Shown here: positions 9,392-17,361 of the stretch, in pieces
Numbering within the stretch: the first letter of the stretch is position 1
How the letters are laid out: each line of letters opens with the position of its first letter
Translations under genes and position numbers: made by a program
Virus genome (UHGV): UHGV-1705587
Strand: one strand, 5' to 3'
DNA length: 20,116 bases
From: a virus
The notes under the pieces: model-generated
The model's input: only the letters and a program-made list of their open reading frames with translations
Databases searched by the model: none
Told to the model about the DNA's origin: nothing

Positions 9392-10552
9392 ATGACGCAG
9401 GGCTTACCTGTATCCAACGTTGTAAACGTTGATGTGATCATCTCGCCGAAAGCGGCTACTGGTCGTAACTTCGGCGCACTGCTGATCCTCGGTTCTTCCA
9501 CTGTCATTCCGGTGCAGGAGCGCGTTCGCCTTTATGCGTCCGTTGATGACATTGGCGAGGACTTCGGAGTCGACAGCCCGGAATATGAAGCGGCGCAGGT
9601 TTTCTTCAGCCAGTCGCCGAAGCCGACGCAGGTTTATGTTGGCCGCTGGGCGAAGACGCTGACCTCTTCCGAAGGTGGAAGCGTGGAAACCATCGTGCAA
9701 GCTGTTAATGCCTGCCTGCAGTATACCAACTGGTATGGGCTGGTTGTCGCTGATGATGTTGCTGATGGCGATGATGTGCTTGATGCTGACGACGTGATTG
9801 AGGTTGCTAAACTCATCGAAGCGTCCAGCCTGAGCCGCATTTTCGGGGTAACGTCAGCCGACGCTGAGATCATCAGCACGACTTCGACGACCGATGTTGC
9901 GTCTAAATTAAAGGCCGGTAAGTATTCCCGTACCTTTATTCAATATTCCACCAGCAGCCCTTATGCGGCGGTTTCAGCTTTCGGTCGCGCGTTTACTGTC
10001 AATTTCAACGGCAGCAATACCACCATTACCCTGAAATTCAAACAGGAACCGAGCGTAACCTACGAAACGCTGACGGTAGGACAGGCGGCGGCTGTGGATG
10101 CGAAGAATGCGAACGTGTTCGTGTACTACGCCAACGACACGGCGATCCTGCAACAGGGTGTCATGGCGAACGGTGACTTCTTCGACGAGCGCCACGGGCT
10201 CGACTGGTTGCAGAACTACGTTCAGACCAACCTCTATAACCTGCTTTACACCAGCACCACCAAAATTCCGCAGACTGATGCCGGTGTGACCCGTCTGCTT
10301 TCCAACGTTGAACAGTCCATGGATCAGTCCGTCACGAACGGTCTGGTAGCGGCTGGCGTGTGGAATGGTGGCCCTATCGGACAGCTGAATTCCGGCGATA
10401 CGCTGACCAAAGGCTATTACGTGTATGCGCAACCGCTGTCCGAACAGGCGCAGGCCGACCGCGAAGCGCGCAAAGCACCGTTAATCCAGGTGGCCTGTAA
10501 GCTGGCTGGCGCAGTTCATTATGCCGATGTGCAGATCAACGTGGTTCGCTAA
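9392..10552 (+). CDS. Tail sheath protein (contractile tail)
   Basis: 386-aa ORF with GGAG RBS, directly upstream of a 146-aa tube-like gene, a chaperone and the tape measure gene: the sheath-tube-chaperone-tape measure order of contractile-tail phages (P2 FI-FII-E-T-like). Confidence 0.6.
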   Translation: MTQGLPVSNVVNVDVIISPKAATGRNFGALLILGSSTVIPVQERVRLYASVDDIGEDFGVDSPEYEAAQVFFSQSPKPTQVYVGRWAKTLTSSEGGSVETIVQAVNACLQYTNWYGLVVADDVADGDDVLDADDVIEVAKLIEASSLSRIFGVTSADAEIISTTSTTDVASKLKAGKYSRTFIQYSTSSPYAAVSAFGRAFTVNFNGSNTTITLKFKQEPSVTYETLTVGQAAAVDAKNANVFVYYANDTAILQQGVMANGDFFDERHGLDWLQNYVQTNLYNLLYTSTTKIPQTDAGVTRLLSNVEQSMDQSVTNGLVAAGVWNGGPIGQLNSGDTLTKGYYVYAQPLSEQAQADREARKAPLIQVACKLAGAVHYADVQINVVR

Positions 10553-10562
10553 GGAGCGATAA

Positions 10563-11003
10563 ATGGCAACTTATTCTTTTCTCGATGTAACCGCGTCGCT
10601 CACCGGGCCGACCGGCGTTATCGATCTTGGTCAGGGTTCCGCCAACTCTGAGGAAGGTATCACCCAGACCATGGGCGGCAACAAGAACACCATGACCATC
10701 GGTGCCGATGGCGAAGTGATGCACAGCCTGCACGCCGATAAGTCAGGCACCATTACGGTGACGCTGCTGAAATCCTCCCCGGTGAACAAGAAGCTGTCTC
10801 TGGCGTATAACGCGCAAAGCCAGTCCTCTGCCACCTGGGGCAATAACGTGATCGTCATTCGCAACACGGCATCGGGTGATATTTCTACTGCGCGTTCGTG
10901 TGCATTCCAGAAACAGCCTGATTTCAATAACGCCAAAGAGGGCGGAACCGTCGCCTGGGTATTCGACTGCGGCAAGATTGACCAGCTGCTCGGGGAGTTT
11001 TAA
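10563..11003 (+). CDS. Tail tube protein
   Basis: 146-aa ORF with AGGAG RBS between the sheath and the tail assembly chaperone; size and position match a tail tube protein. Confidence 0.6.
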   Translation: MATYSFLDVTASLTGPTGVIDLGQGSANSEEGITQTMGGNKNTMTIGADGEVMHSLHADKSGTITVTLLKSSPVNKKLSLAYNAQSQSSATWGNNVIVIRNTASGDISTARSCAFQKQPDFNNAKEGGTVAWVFDCGKIDQLLGEF

Positions 11004-11006
11004 CGC

Positions 11007-11432
11007 ATGGAATTCGAAATTAAAGGCGTGAAATATCGCACCGCAAAGCTCAGCGTTTTCGAACAGCTGAAGGTGTCCCGCAAGCTGTTGCCGGTGCTGG
11101 CCGGGATGGTTTCTGACTTCCGGAGCGTTCAGGAGAAAATCAGCAGCAAAGACACCGAAGGCGCGATGGCTACCATCCTGCCAAAAATTGCGAATGCTGT
11201 GTCCGATCTGAGCGATGGCGACGTGGACGCTATCCTGTTCCCCTGCCTTTCCGTCGTTTCACGCGAGCACATGAAAGCCTGGGTGCCGGTCTGCCAGCAT
11301 GGCGAAATGGCGTTTGACGATATCGACCTGCTGACCATGCTGCAACTGGTGGCGCGGGTGGTCGCCGACTCGCTGGGAAATTTTTTGCAAGGACTCCCTA
11401 CCAGCGAGACGCCCACCCCGCCAGCGGAATAA
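11007..11432 (+). CDS. Tail assembly chaperone (P2 gpE-like), zero-frame product
   Basis: 141-aa ORF immediately upstream of the tape measure gene. Contains the slippery run AAATTTTTTG at 11378-11387 near its 3' end, and is followed by a 177-nt gap lacking an ATG-initiated ORF but open in the -1 frame. Confidence 0.65.
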   Translation: MEFEIKGVKYRTAKLSVFEQLKVSRKLLPVLAGMVSDFRSVQEKISSKDTEGAMATILPKIANAVSDLSDGDVDAILFPCLSVVSREHMKAWVPVCQHGEMAFDDIDLLTMLQLVARVVADSLGNFLQGLPTSETPTPPAE

Positions 11433-11620
11433 CCTTCAATAGCCTGCCGGGCGGTGAAGATTTTATTCTTCGTCCGGCGCTTGCCTTCCATATTGACCAG
11501 AAAGACCTTAACAGCGGTGCGGTAGACCTCTGCCGCATCGCGCTTCTCAATGACTACCTCGACATGCGCGAGGATAACGACGCCCGGGTAGATAAATGGA
11601 GAGCGGACAATGAGCGGTAA
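11387..11620 (+). CDS. Predicted -1 frameshift extension of the tail assembly chaperone (P2 E+E'-like); fused product spans 11007-11620
   Basis: The -1 frame is open with no stop from the slippery site T_TTT_TTG (11381-11387) to TAA at 11618-11620, filling the gap and overlapping the tape measure start by 11 nt. Predicted extension: ARTPYQRDAHPASGITFNSLPGGEDFILRPALAFHIDQKDLNSGAVDLCRIALLNDYLDMREDNDARVDKWRADNER. Fused product about 204 aa. Confidence 0.55.
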   Translation, partial: ARTPYQRDAHPASGITFNSLPGGEDFILRPALAFHIDQKDLNSGAVDLCRIALLNDYLDMREDNDARVDKWRADNER

Positions 11621-13877
11621 CGCAGATACGATTAAAGATTTCCTTGTTTCGCTGGGATTCGATATCGATCAGGCTGGCGCTAATAAGTTTGAAGCCGTGC
11701 TGAAAGGCGTTACAGCTAACGTTCTGAAGGTCGGCGCGGTGGTGGAAGGCGCAGCGCTGAGCATTGTCGGATTTACCACTCAGATCGCGAACGGTCTGGA
11801 TAAAATTTACTGGGCATCCCAGCGGACGGGGGCCAGTGTCCAGGGCATCAAAGCGCTGGGATACGCCGCATCGCAAACCGGTGCCAGCGCCGAGTCGGCT
11901 ATGTCCTCCCTCGAAGGGCTGGCCGGTTTCATGCGTAGCAATCCGGGGGCGGAAGGCTTCCTGAACCGTCTTGGTGTCCAGACCCGAGATGCCAGCGGAA
12001 AGATGCGTGATACTGCGGCCATCTTTACTGGCGTTGGGCAAAAGCTCAACAACATGCCGTATTACCGCGCGAAGCAATACGCGCAGATGCTTGGCATCGA
12101 TGAAAACACGCTGATGGCGATGCGGCGCGGCATGAATGGCTTTACCGCCGATTACCAGTCTATGCTGCAAAAGACAGGGTTCAACGCTGATAAGGCGGCT
12201 GTGCAGTCCAATAAATTCATGACGTCCATGCGCGGGCTTACGTCGCTGTTCGGCATTATGCGGGACAAGATCGGCTCAAACCTCGCTGGTGGTCTTGCTG
12301 GTTCGCTGGACAGCCTGCGGCGGCGCATCCTCGACAACTTCCCGAAGATTGAAGAGACGCTGACCAGAGTTATTAAAGGCGTGATCTGGCTTGCGAACGC
12401 CTTCACGCGAATGGCGTGGCGGCTCATACAGGGCGCTGGCTCTGTCATTGACTGGTGGAAGCGTCTTGACGATGGCAGTAAAAATCTGCTGAAAATATTC
12501 GGTGCTCTACTTGTCGCATGGCGTCTGCTTAATTCTGCGTTCCTGAAATCCCCGATTGGAATTATCACCACGCTGATTCTGGCGATCGGATTACTCTATG
12601 ACGATTATCAGACGTGGAAAGAAGGCGGTAAAAGCCTGATTGACTGGTCCAAGTGGGAGCCTGCAATAGAAAAGGCGAAAAAGGCAATTCTCTGGCTGCG
12701 CGATAAGCTTCTGGGGCTGAAAGATTCTGTTGGTGGATGGCAGAACTCGCTGGAAATTTTGGCTACTTTCATCGCTGGGGTATGGGTAACAAAAGTATTG
12801 GGAGCATTCGCAAAAATATCCGGTCTTCCGATACCTCCATGGCTTAAATTATGGGGAGCGTATGCTGGTTACCTGGTTTCAGATCGTGAAAACATAAAAG
12901 CCAGTGCTAAATCATCTTTGGACTATACCAAAAGGAACATTGGTGATGCTCTTGCTACGGTTGGCATCAAAACCGACCTTGGGCGAAAAGATGTTAGCGA
13001 GGTAAGAGAATGGCCCGCATGGATGGATTGGCTGCATGGTGGCCCAGGTAAGATTATTCGTCAGGCGCAAAGCAATGGCGTCGTTTATGGCGATAATGTT
13101 CAGCCTGACATTCCCGGGGCGGAACAGCATGTTCGTAGTAATGAAATTGCCCCGCATGAAAGAGATGAAATAAAAAACCGTCAGCAGGCTGCTAATGGTT
13201 ATCTTGAAAAAATCTCAGACGGGATTGCCAAAATCGGTAATTTATTTTTCTCCCCGGCTGGAGCTGCTGAAATCTCTCCAAATATATCGGGTGACCCCTC
13301 CCAGTTTGCGCAATCAGTCAAACGTCCACAGGCCACAGCCCAGGGCAAAGTATTGCTCGACTGGATGGGGCCAATGTTCAATAAACTTGAGTCGCTTTAT
13401 CAACTTCCAGCTGGTCTATTGAAAAGTGTGGCGATAACCGAGTCAGGTGGTAACCAGTTCGCCATGTCCGGCGCGGGTGCAAAGGGGCTGTTCCAGTTCA
13501 TGGATGGCACGGCGCGAGACATGGGCCTGCGTGGTAACGATGTGTTCGACCCGGAAAAGTCAGCTCAGGCAGCCGCTAAGTACCTTAGCCAGCTATTGCG
13601 GCAGAACGGCGGAGACCTTAGCAAAGCACTTGCATCATATAACTGGGGAATCGGGAACGTTCAACGTTATGGAATGGGGCTAATGCCGCAGGAAACGCGC
13701 AATTACATTCCGAAAGTAATGAGCAATATGCCCACCAGCGCCCCGGTGATTCAGCAGGAAACGAACATTAACATCCACGGCGTTTCCGATCCTCGCGAAG
13801 CTGCCCGTTTGACTGTTGACCGTCAAAAGGGTGTGAATTCACAGTTAACCCAGCAACTCCCCGCAGGACCGAGATAA
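11610..13877 (+). CDS. Tail tape measure protein with C-terminal lytic transglycosylase (SLT) domain
   Basis: 755-aa ORF with GGAGAG RBS, after the chaperone/frameshift region. Two hydrophobic segments (LLKIFGALLVAWRLLNSAFLKSPIGIITTLILAIGLLY and LEILATFIAGVWVTKVLGAFAKI). C-terminal region has SLT catalytic signatures ESGGN...GAKGLFQF...YNWG (about nt 13390-13700). Confidence 0.8.
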   Translation: MSGNADTIKDFLVSLGFDIDQAGANKFEAVLKGVTANVLKVGAVVEGAALSIVGFTTQIANGLDKIYWASQRTGASVQGIKALGYAASQTGASAESAMSSLEGLAGFMRSNPGAEGFLNRLGVQTRDASGKMRDTAAIFTGVGQKLNNMPYYRAKQYAQMLGIDENTLMAMRRGMNGFTADYQSMLQKTGFNADKAAVQSNKFMTSMRGLTSLFGIMRDKIGSNLAGGLAGSLDSLRRRILDNFPKIEETLTRVIKGVIWLANAFTRMAWRLIQGAGSVIDWWKRLDDGSKNLLKIFGALLVAWRLLNSAFLKSPIGIITTLILAIGLLYDDYQTWKEGGKSLIDWSKWEPAIEKAKKAILWLRDKLLGLKDSVGGWQNSLEILATFIAGVWVTKVLGAFAKISGLPIPPWLKLWGAYAGYLVSDRENIKASAKSSLDYTKRNIGDALATVGIKTDLGRKDVSEVREWPAWMDWLHGGPGKIIRQAQSNGVVYGDNVQPDIPGAEQHVRSNEIAPHERDEIKNRQQAANGYLEKISDGIAKIGNLFFSPAGAAEISPNISGDPSQFAQSVKRPQATAQGKVLLDWMGPMFNKLESLYQLPAGLLKSVAITESGGNQFAMSGAGAKGLFQFMDGTARDMGLRGNDVFDPEKSAQAAAKYLSQLLRQNGGDLSKALASYNWGIGNVQRYGMGLMPQETRNYIPKVMSNMPTSAPVIQQETNINIHGVSDPREAARLTVDRQKGVNSQLTQQLPAGPR

Positions 13878-14479
13878 TGGATATTTTATCAGCGATTTTT
13901 CGCCAGCAATCACGGCGAATTGGCCTGCTGATCCCCAGCGTGGTCGTTTCCGAAAAGCATTCTGATGCGCTCGAAATTACTGAGCACCCGGTGGAGAAGC
14001 CAACAACGAATAGCGCCTCGGGTTTCATCGCCGATCATGCGTATAAGCGCCCCAGCGAAGTCACAATGGAATGCGGCTTCGCTGGGGGCGGTTCGTTGCT
14101 GGACTTCATTGATACATCTTCAATCGGCCTCAGCGCCGGACTGAGCCCGAAAGAGACCTATCAGCAACTGCTGGATCTCCAGTCCTCCCGGATGCCGTTC
14201 GATGTGGTGACCGGGAAGCGGGTGTACAGCAATATGCTGGTGAGAGCCATCGAGGTGACAACGGACAAAACCAGCGAGAACGTGCTGAACTGCACGCTTA
14301 CCCTGCGTGAAGTGATCATGTCGCAAACGCAGAGCGTTAGCGTTGCTGATAAATCAGATATGCAGGATGGCGTCAGCACATCGGCGGTGCAAAATTCCGG
14401 GACGAAATCCACTACACCGCCAAACGAATCTTTGCTGAGCCAGCTGGGCGGAAGCGTTACATCAGCATTCGGGGGATGA
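13877..14479 (+). CDS. Hypothetical tail protein (P2 gpU-like position)
   Basis: 200-aa ORF; start overlaps the tape measure stop (TAATG). Position equivalent to P2 gpU; no diagnostic motif. Confidence 0.45.
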   Translation: MDILSAIFRQQSRRIGLLIPSVVVSEKHSDALEITEHPVEKPTTNSASGFIADHAYKRPSEVTMECGFAGGGSLLDFIDTSSIGLSAGLSPKETYQQLLDLQSSRMPFDVVTGKRVYSNMLVRAIEVTTDKTSENVLNCTLTLREVIMSQTQSVSVADKSDMQDGVSTSAVQNSGTKSTTPPNESLLSQLGGSVTSAFGG

Positions 14480-14480
14480 T

Positions 14481-14786
14481 ATGCAGTTTAACGAAATACC
14501 GCTTTCTCCTGACAATCAGCAGTTCCGCGTTTTGCTGGGCAATACTACGTATACGCTCAGGATCATCTGGCGCGATGCGGCTGGTTGGATTATGGACGTG
14601 ATGGATAGCGGCGGTGCCGCGCTTCTCTCTGGCGTACCTCTACTGACCGGCGTGAACCTTTTACGACAATTTCCACAGCTTGGCATTGATGGTGCGCTGG
14701 TGGTGGCGACCGATAAGGGCGCACCAGACGAGCCCACCAAAACCAACCTCGGCACATACAGCCACCTCATTTTCGTGCAGGAGTAG
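14481..14786 (+). CDS. Hypothetical small tail/baseplate protein (P2 gpX-like position)
   Basis: 101-aa ORF with GGGGGA RBS between the gpU-like and hub-like genes. Confidence 0.45.
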   Translation: MQFNEIPLSPDNQQFRVLLGNTTYTLRIIWRDAAGWIMDVMDSGGAALLSGVPLLTGVNLLRQFPQLGIDGALVVATDKGAPDEPTKTNLGTYSHLIFVQE

Positions 14787-14788
14787 AA

Positions 14789-15853
14789 ATGTCTCTTAAC
14801 TGGATGCGCCATTTTGAGTTGCAGCTGTTGGACCAGAACGGGCAGGGTATTTCCCTGTCTGATTTTAAGGTCACGTTCCAGATCGAGTGGGCAGATACAC
14901 GCTGGCCGCGCGTGGCAAACGTGAAAATTTACAACCTTTCGACCGATACCACGAACAAGATACTGGGGCAGGAGTTTGCAAAAATTCGCATCATTGCCGG
15001 GTATGACGGTATTGCGCCGGATGTTGATGCGAGCCAGGTTGGTGTCGCCCGGGAGATTTCACCAGACCAGGTAGGGCAGGTGAACGGTCAGAACTACGGC
15101 CTGATATTTGACGGTGATATTCGCTTCACCGTCACCGGGAAGGACAACATCACCGATTCCTGGGTGCTGATTCAGGCCATCAGTAACCACGAAGCGTTCC
15201 TCTACGCGACTACCATCACCACGCTTGCCGCTGGCTATACCGTTGCGGATCTGCACCGGGCGACGATGCAGGATTTCAACGCGTTCGGCGTGACACAGGG
15301 CATTACCGGCGATTTTCCTGATACCGTGTTTCCTCGTGGCCGCGCGATTTACTCATCCAGCCGCAACGTGATGGATAATATTGCTGCGCAGTGCAAAGCG
15401 ACATGGCAACTGGTGGATGGTCAGGTCCAGATGGTGCCGGAGGATAAATATATTCACGAAGCCATTGTGTTGAATGCCAATACTGGCCTGATCGGTATGC
15501 CGCAACAAACGATGGGCGGCGGAGTAAACGTGCGGTGCCTGATAAACCCAAACATCCGTATTAATGGTCTTATCCAGCTCGATCAGGCTTCGGTGTACCG
15601 CGCCACGCTCGGCAAGAGCGAAATAGCACAGTCGCCCGGGCGTATCACCGAAACAGAAGAGAACGGCAACCGTGTGCTGACCGGCACGACGTCACAGGCT
15701 GCCAGCATTGCGACGGATGGCGTTTATATCGTCAAAGCTATCGACTATACTGGCGACACCAGAGGTCAGGCGTGGTACATGGATTTGATGTGTTTTGCGC
15801 GTGGTGCTCGTGAAATGGTTAGTCAGGACACGCTTAAAAAATGGCAGGTATAA
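14789..15853 (+). CDS. Baseplate hub protein (P2 gpD / late control D-like)
   Basis: 354-aa ORF with AGGAG RBS, last gene of the FI-FII-E-T-U-D-like block. Size and position match a hub protein. Confidence 0.55.
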   Translation: MSLNWMRHFELQLLDQNGQGISLSDFKVTFQIEWADTRWPRVANVKIYNLSTDTTNKILGQEFAKIRIIAGYDGIAPDVDASQVGVAREISPDQVGQVNGQNYGLIFDGDIRFTVTGKDNITDSWVLIQAISNHEAFLYATTITTLAAGYTVADLHRATMQDFNAFGVTQGITGDFPDTVFPRGRAIYSSSRNVMDNIAAQCKATWQLVDGQVQMVPEDKYIHEAIVLNANTGLIGMPQQTMGGGVNVRCLINPNIRINGLIQLDQASVYRATLGKSEIAQSPGRITETEENGNRVLTGTTSQAASIATDGVYIVKAIDYTGDTRGQAWYMDLMCFARGAREMVSQDTLKKWQV

Positions 15854-15854
15854 G

Positions 15855-16205
15855 ATGGGTAAGGCCAAACTTCTAATTTGTGGTGTTCTTTTATCAGTTG
15901 TCGGCACGTCAGAGGCCTTAGCTGATACTCAGTGCGGGCCGTATCGCCTCACTGCGGGCAAAGAAGGACTAATGCTTATTAACGGGGTAAAACCTGAAAC
16001 GCAAAAAATGTCTTTTCTCAAGTCTAAAGATGACTACCAAAACATGAAAGCAGAATGGATGGTTGCAACCGACCAACCCGGCCGCTGGGTTGGGCTTGAG
16101 TACATCAAGCGCAACGGCAAAGCCATTCTCAACGCACAGTGGTTGCAAGCCAGCATGGATTCGCCGCGTCAGTATGCAACATACGACTGCGTAAAAATTA
16201 AATAA
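15855..16205 (+). CDS. Moron gene A: small Sec-secreted (periplasmic) protein of unknown function
   Basis: 116-aa ORF starting 1 nt after the hub stop (the longest ORF from 15795 would overlap the hub gene). N-terminus MGKAKLLICGVLLSVVGTSEALA-DTQ looks like a signal peptide with an AxA cleavage site. Mature protein about 93 aa with two Cys (one near each end). About 47% GC by hand count versus 55-60% in flanking phage genes. Confidence 0.55.
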   Translation: MGKAKLLICGVLLSVVGTSEALADTQCGPYRLTAGKEGLMLINGVKPETQKMSFLKSKDDYQNMKAEWMVATDQPGRWVGLEYIKRNGKAILNAQWLQASMDSPRQYATYDCVKIK

Positions 16206-16216
16206 GCGACTCATCT

Positions 16217-16447
16217 ATGAAGATAACTATTTTTTCTGATGATCATGTCCAGTCAGTTGATGCCCCTGATGGAACTTTAAGCTGGACCATGCTGAACTCT
16301 GATGGCTCCAAATCAGAGGCTAAAGTAGAAATGTATGAATATCGAGAATTATCGGTTCATAAATTCTGTTATATCGCTCGCTTTAGGGACGTTGAAATTA
16401 GTGAGATGCGACATGCCGCTGTTAAACATGGCTATGACGTAAATTAG
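16217..16447 (+). CDS. Moron gene B: small cytoplasmic protein of unknown function
   Basis: 76-aa ORF 11 nt after gene A, no signal peptide, weak RBS. About 39% GC by hand count, the most AT-rich coding segment in the window. Followed by a 176-bp AT-rich spacer and an intrinsic terminator. Confidence 0.45.
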   Translation: MKITIFSDDHVQSVDAPDGTLSWTMLNSDGSKSEAKVEMYEYRELSVHKFCYIARFRDVEISEMRHAAVKHGYDVN

Positions 16448-16585
16448 TGCAATATTAGGATCGCAGAGAGCAGATTTTTTGATTATCATTTATTTGAGCA
16501 TTTGACTGGGTGTTATACACCAAGCGCCACCCGAAAGGGGAAAGGGAGACGATAAGCCGTTTCAGGTTAAATGCTCACATCTCAT

Positions 16586-16612
16586 AAGGTCGCCATTGTG
16601 CGGCCTTTTTTT
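16586..16612 (+). terminator. Rho-independent terminator downstream of the moron cassette
   Basis: Stem GGUCGC (16588-16593) pairs with GCGGCC (16600-16605), one G-U wobble, 6-nt loop, optionally extended by two A-U pairs, followed by T7 at 16606-16612. Located 11 nt upstream of the spike gene ATG. Confidence 0.5.
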
Positions 16613-16623
16613 ATGGGGTTTTT

Positions 16624-17361
16624 ATGCCAATTCCAACTCAATCACAGATCGGCGGAGAGCAGCAGACCGCGCAGGCCATAGCCGATTCGGTGTCTACCCA
16701 GATGCGCGTAGCGATGCCCGGCATCATTCAGTCGTTCGATCCTGATACTGTTACCTGCACGGTAGAGGTGGCGCTACGCGGTATTGTTGGCGACGGCTCC
16801 ACCGAATTAAAACCGCTGGTGGATGTGCCGGTTATCTTCCCGCGCGGTGGCGGTTGCACACTGACCTTTCCGGTTAAAGAAGGCGACGAGTGCCTGCTGA
16901 TCTTTGCCGACCGTTGCATCGATTTCTGGTGGCAGAGCGGCGGCGTTCAGGAGACCGTCGACCCGCGTCAGCATGATTTATCGGATGCGTTCGCCATCGT
17001 TGGCCCGCAGTCGCAAGCACAAAAAATCGGTGGAATCAGTACCGGAGCAACGCAGCTGCGCAGCGACGATGGGAGCACGTATTTTGAGCTCAACCCCACC
17101 ACGCAGAAAATTAAAATTGTAGCGCCAGGCGGCCTGGATGTTATCGCGCCTGAATCGACATTCTCAGCGAAGGTAACGATTACCGGTCTACTCACCTGGA
17201 TGGGGGGGATGGTCGGCAGTCTTGCCAGCGGAACAGCGGCGAAAATTACTGGTGCGATTGAATTCTTTGGGACGCTTAAATCTAACGGTAAATCTATTGA
17301 TGACACGCACACCCACAAAGGCGTTCAGACGGGTAGCGGCAATTCTGGTGGGGTAAACTGA
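16624..17361 (+). CDS. Baseplate central spike / baseplate assembly protein V-like
   Basis: 245-aa ORF, first gene of a V-W-J-I-H-like block. Gly-rich C-terminus with an HTH (His-x-His) motif (nt 17308-17316), reminiscent of the metal-binding apex of gpV-type spikes. Confidence 0.55.
   Translation: MPIPTQSQIGGEQQTAQAIADSVSTQMRVAMPGIIQSFDPDTVTCTVEVALRGIVGDGSTELKPLVDVPVIFPRGGGCTLTFPVKEGDECLLIFADRCIDFWWQSGGVQETVDPRQHDLSDAFAIVGPQSQAQKIGGISTGATQLRSDDGSTYFELNPTTQKIKIVAPGGLDVIAPESTFSAKVTITGLLTWMGGMVGSLASGTAAKITGAIEFFGTLKSNGKSIDDTHTHKGVQTGSGNSGGVN

Noticed and set aside
11547-12170. 207-aa minus-strand ORF overlapping the chaperone-tape measure junction
   Set aside because: Antisense to the tape measure gene start and to the predicted frameshift extension. 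The + strand reading (SLT domain, RBS, frameshift geometry) explains the region better.
15795-15854. Upstream in-frame ATG giving a 136-aa version of moron gene A
   Set aside because: Would overlap the hub gene by 59 nt and place 20 basic residues before the hydrophobic signal-like segment. The ATG at 15855 directly after the hub stop with an AGG-containing spacer is the more plausible start.
16502-16519. Candidate sigma70 promoter (TTGACT ... TATACA) in the moron-spike spacer
   Set aside because: The hexamers are separated by only about 6 bp, far from the 16-18 bp optimum; not reported as a promoter feature. A real promoter may exist but cannot be placed by eye.
16571-16681. Short 36-codon ORF starting at ATG 16571 spanning the terminator and spike gene start
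   Set aside because: Overlaps the terminator hairpin and T-tract and runs out of frame into the spike gene; most likely a chance ORF.
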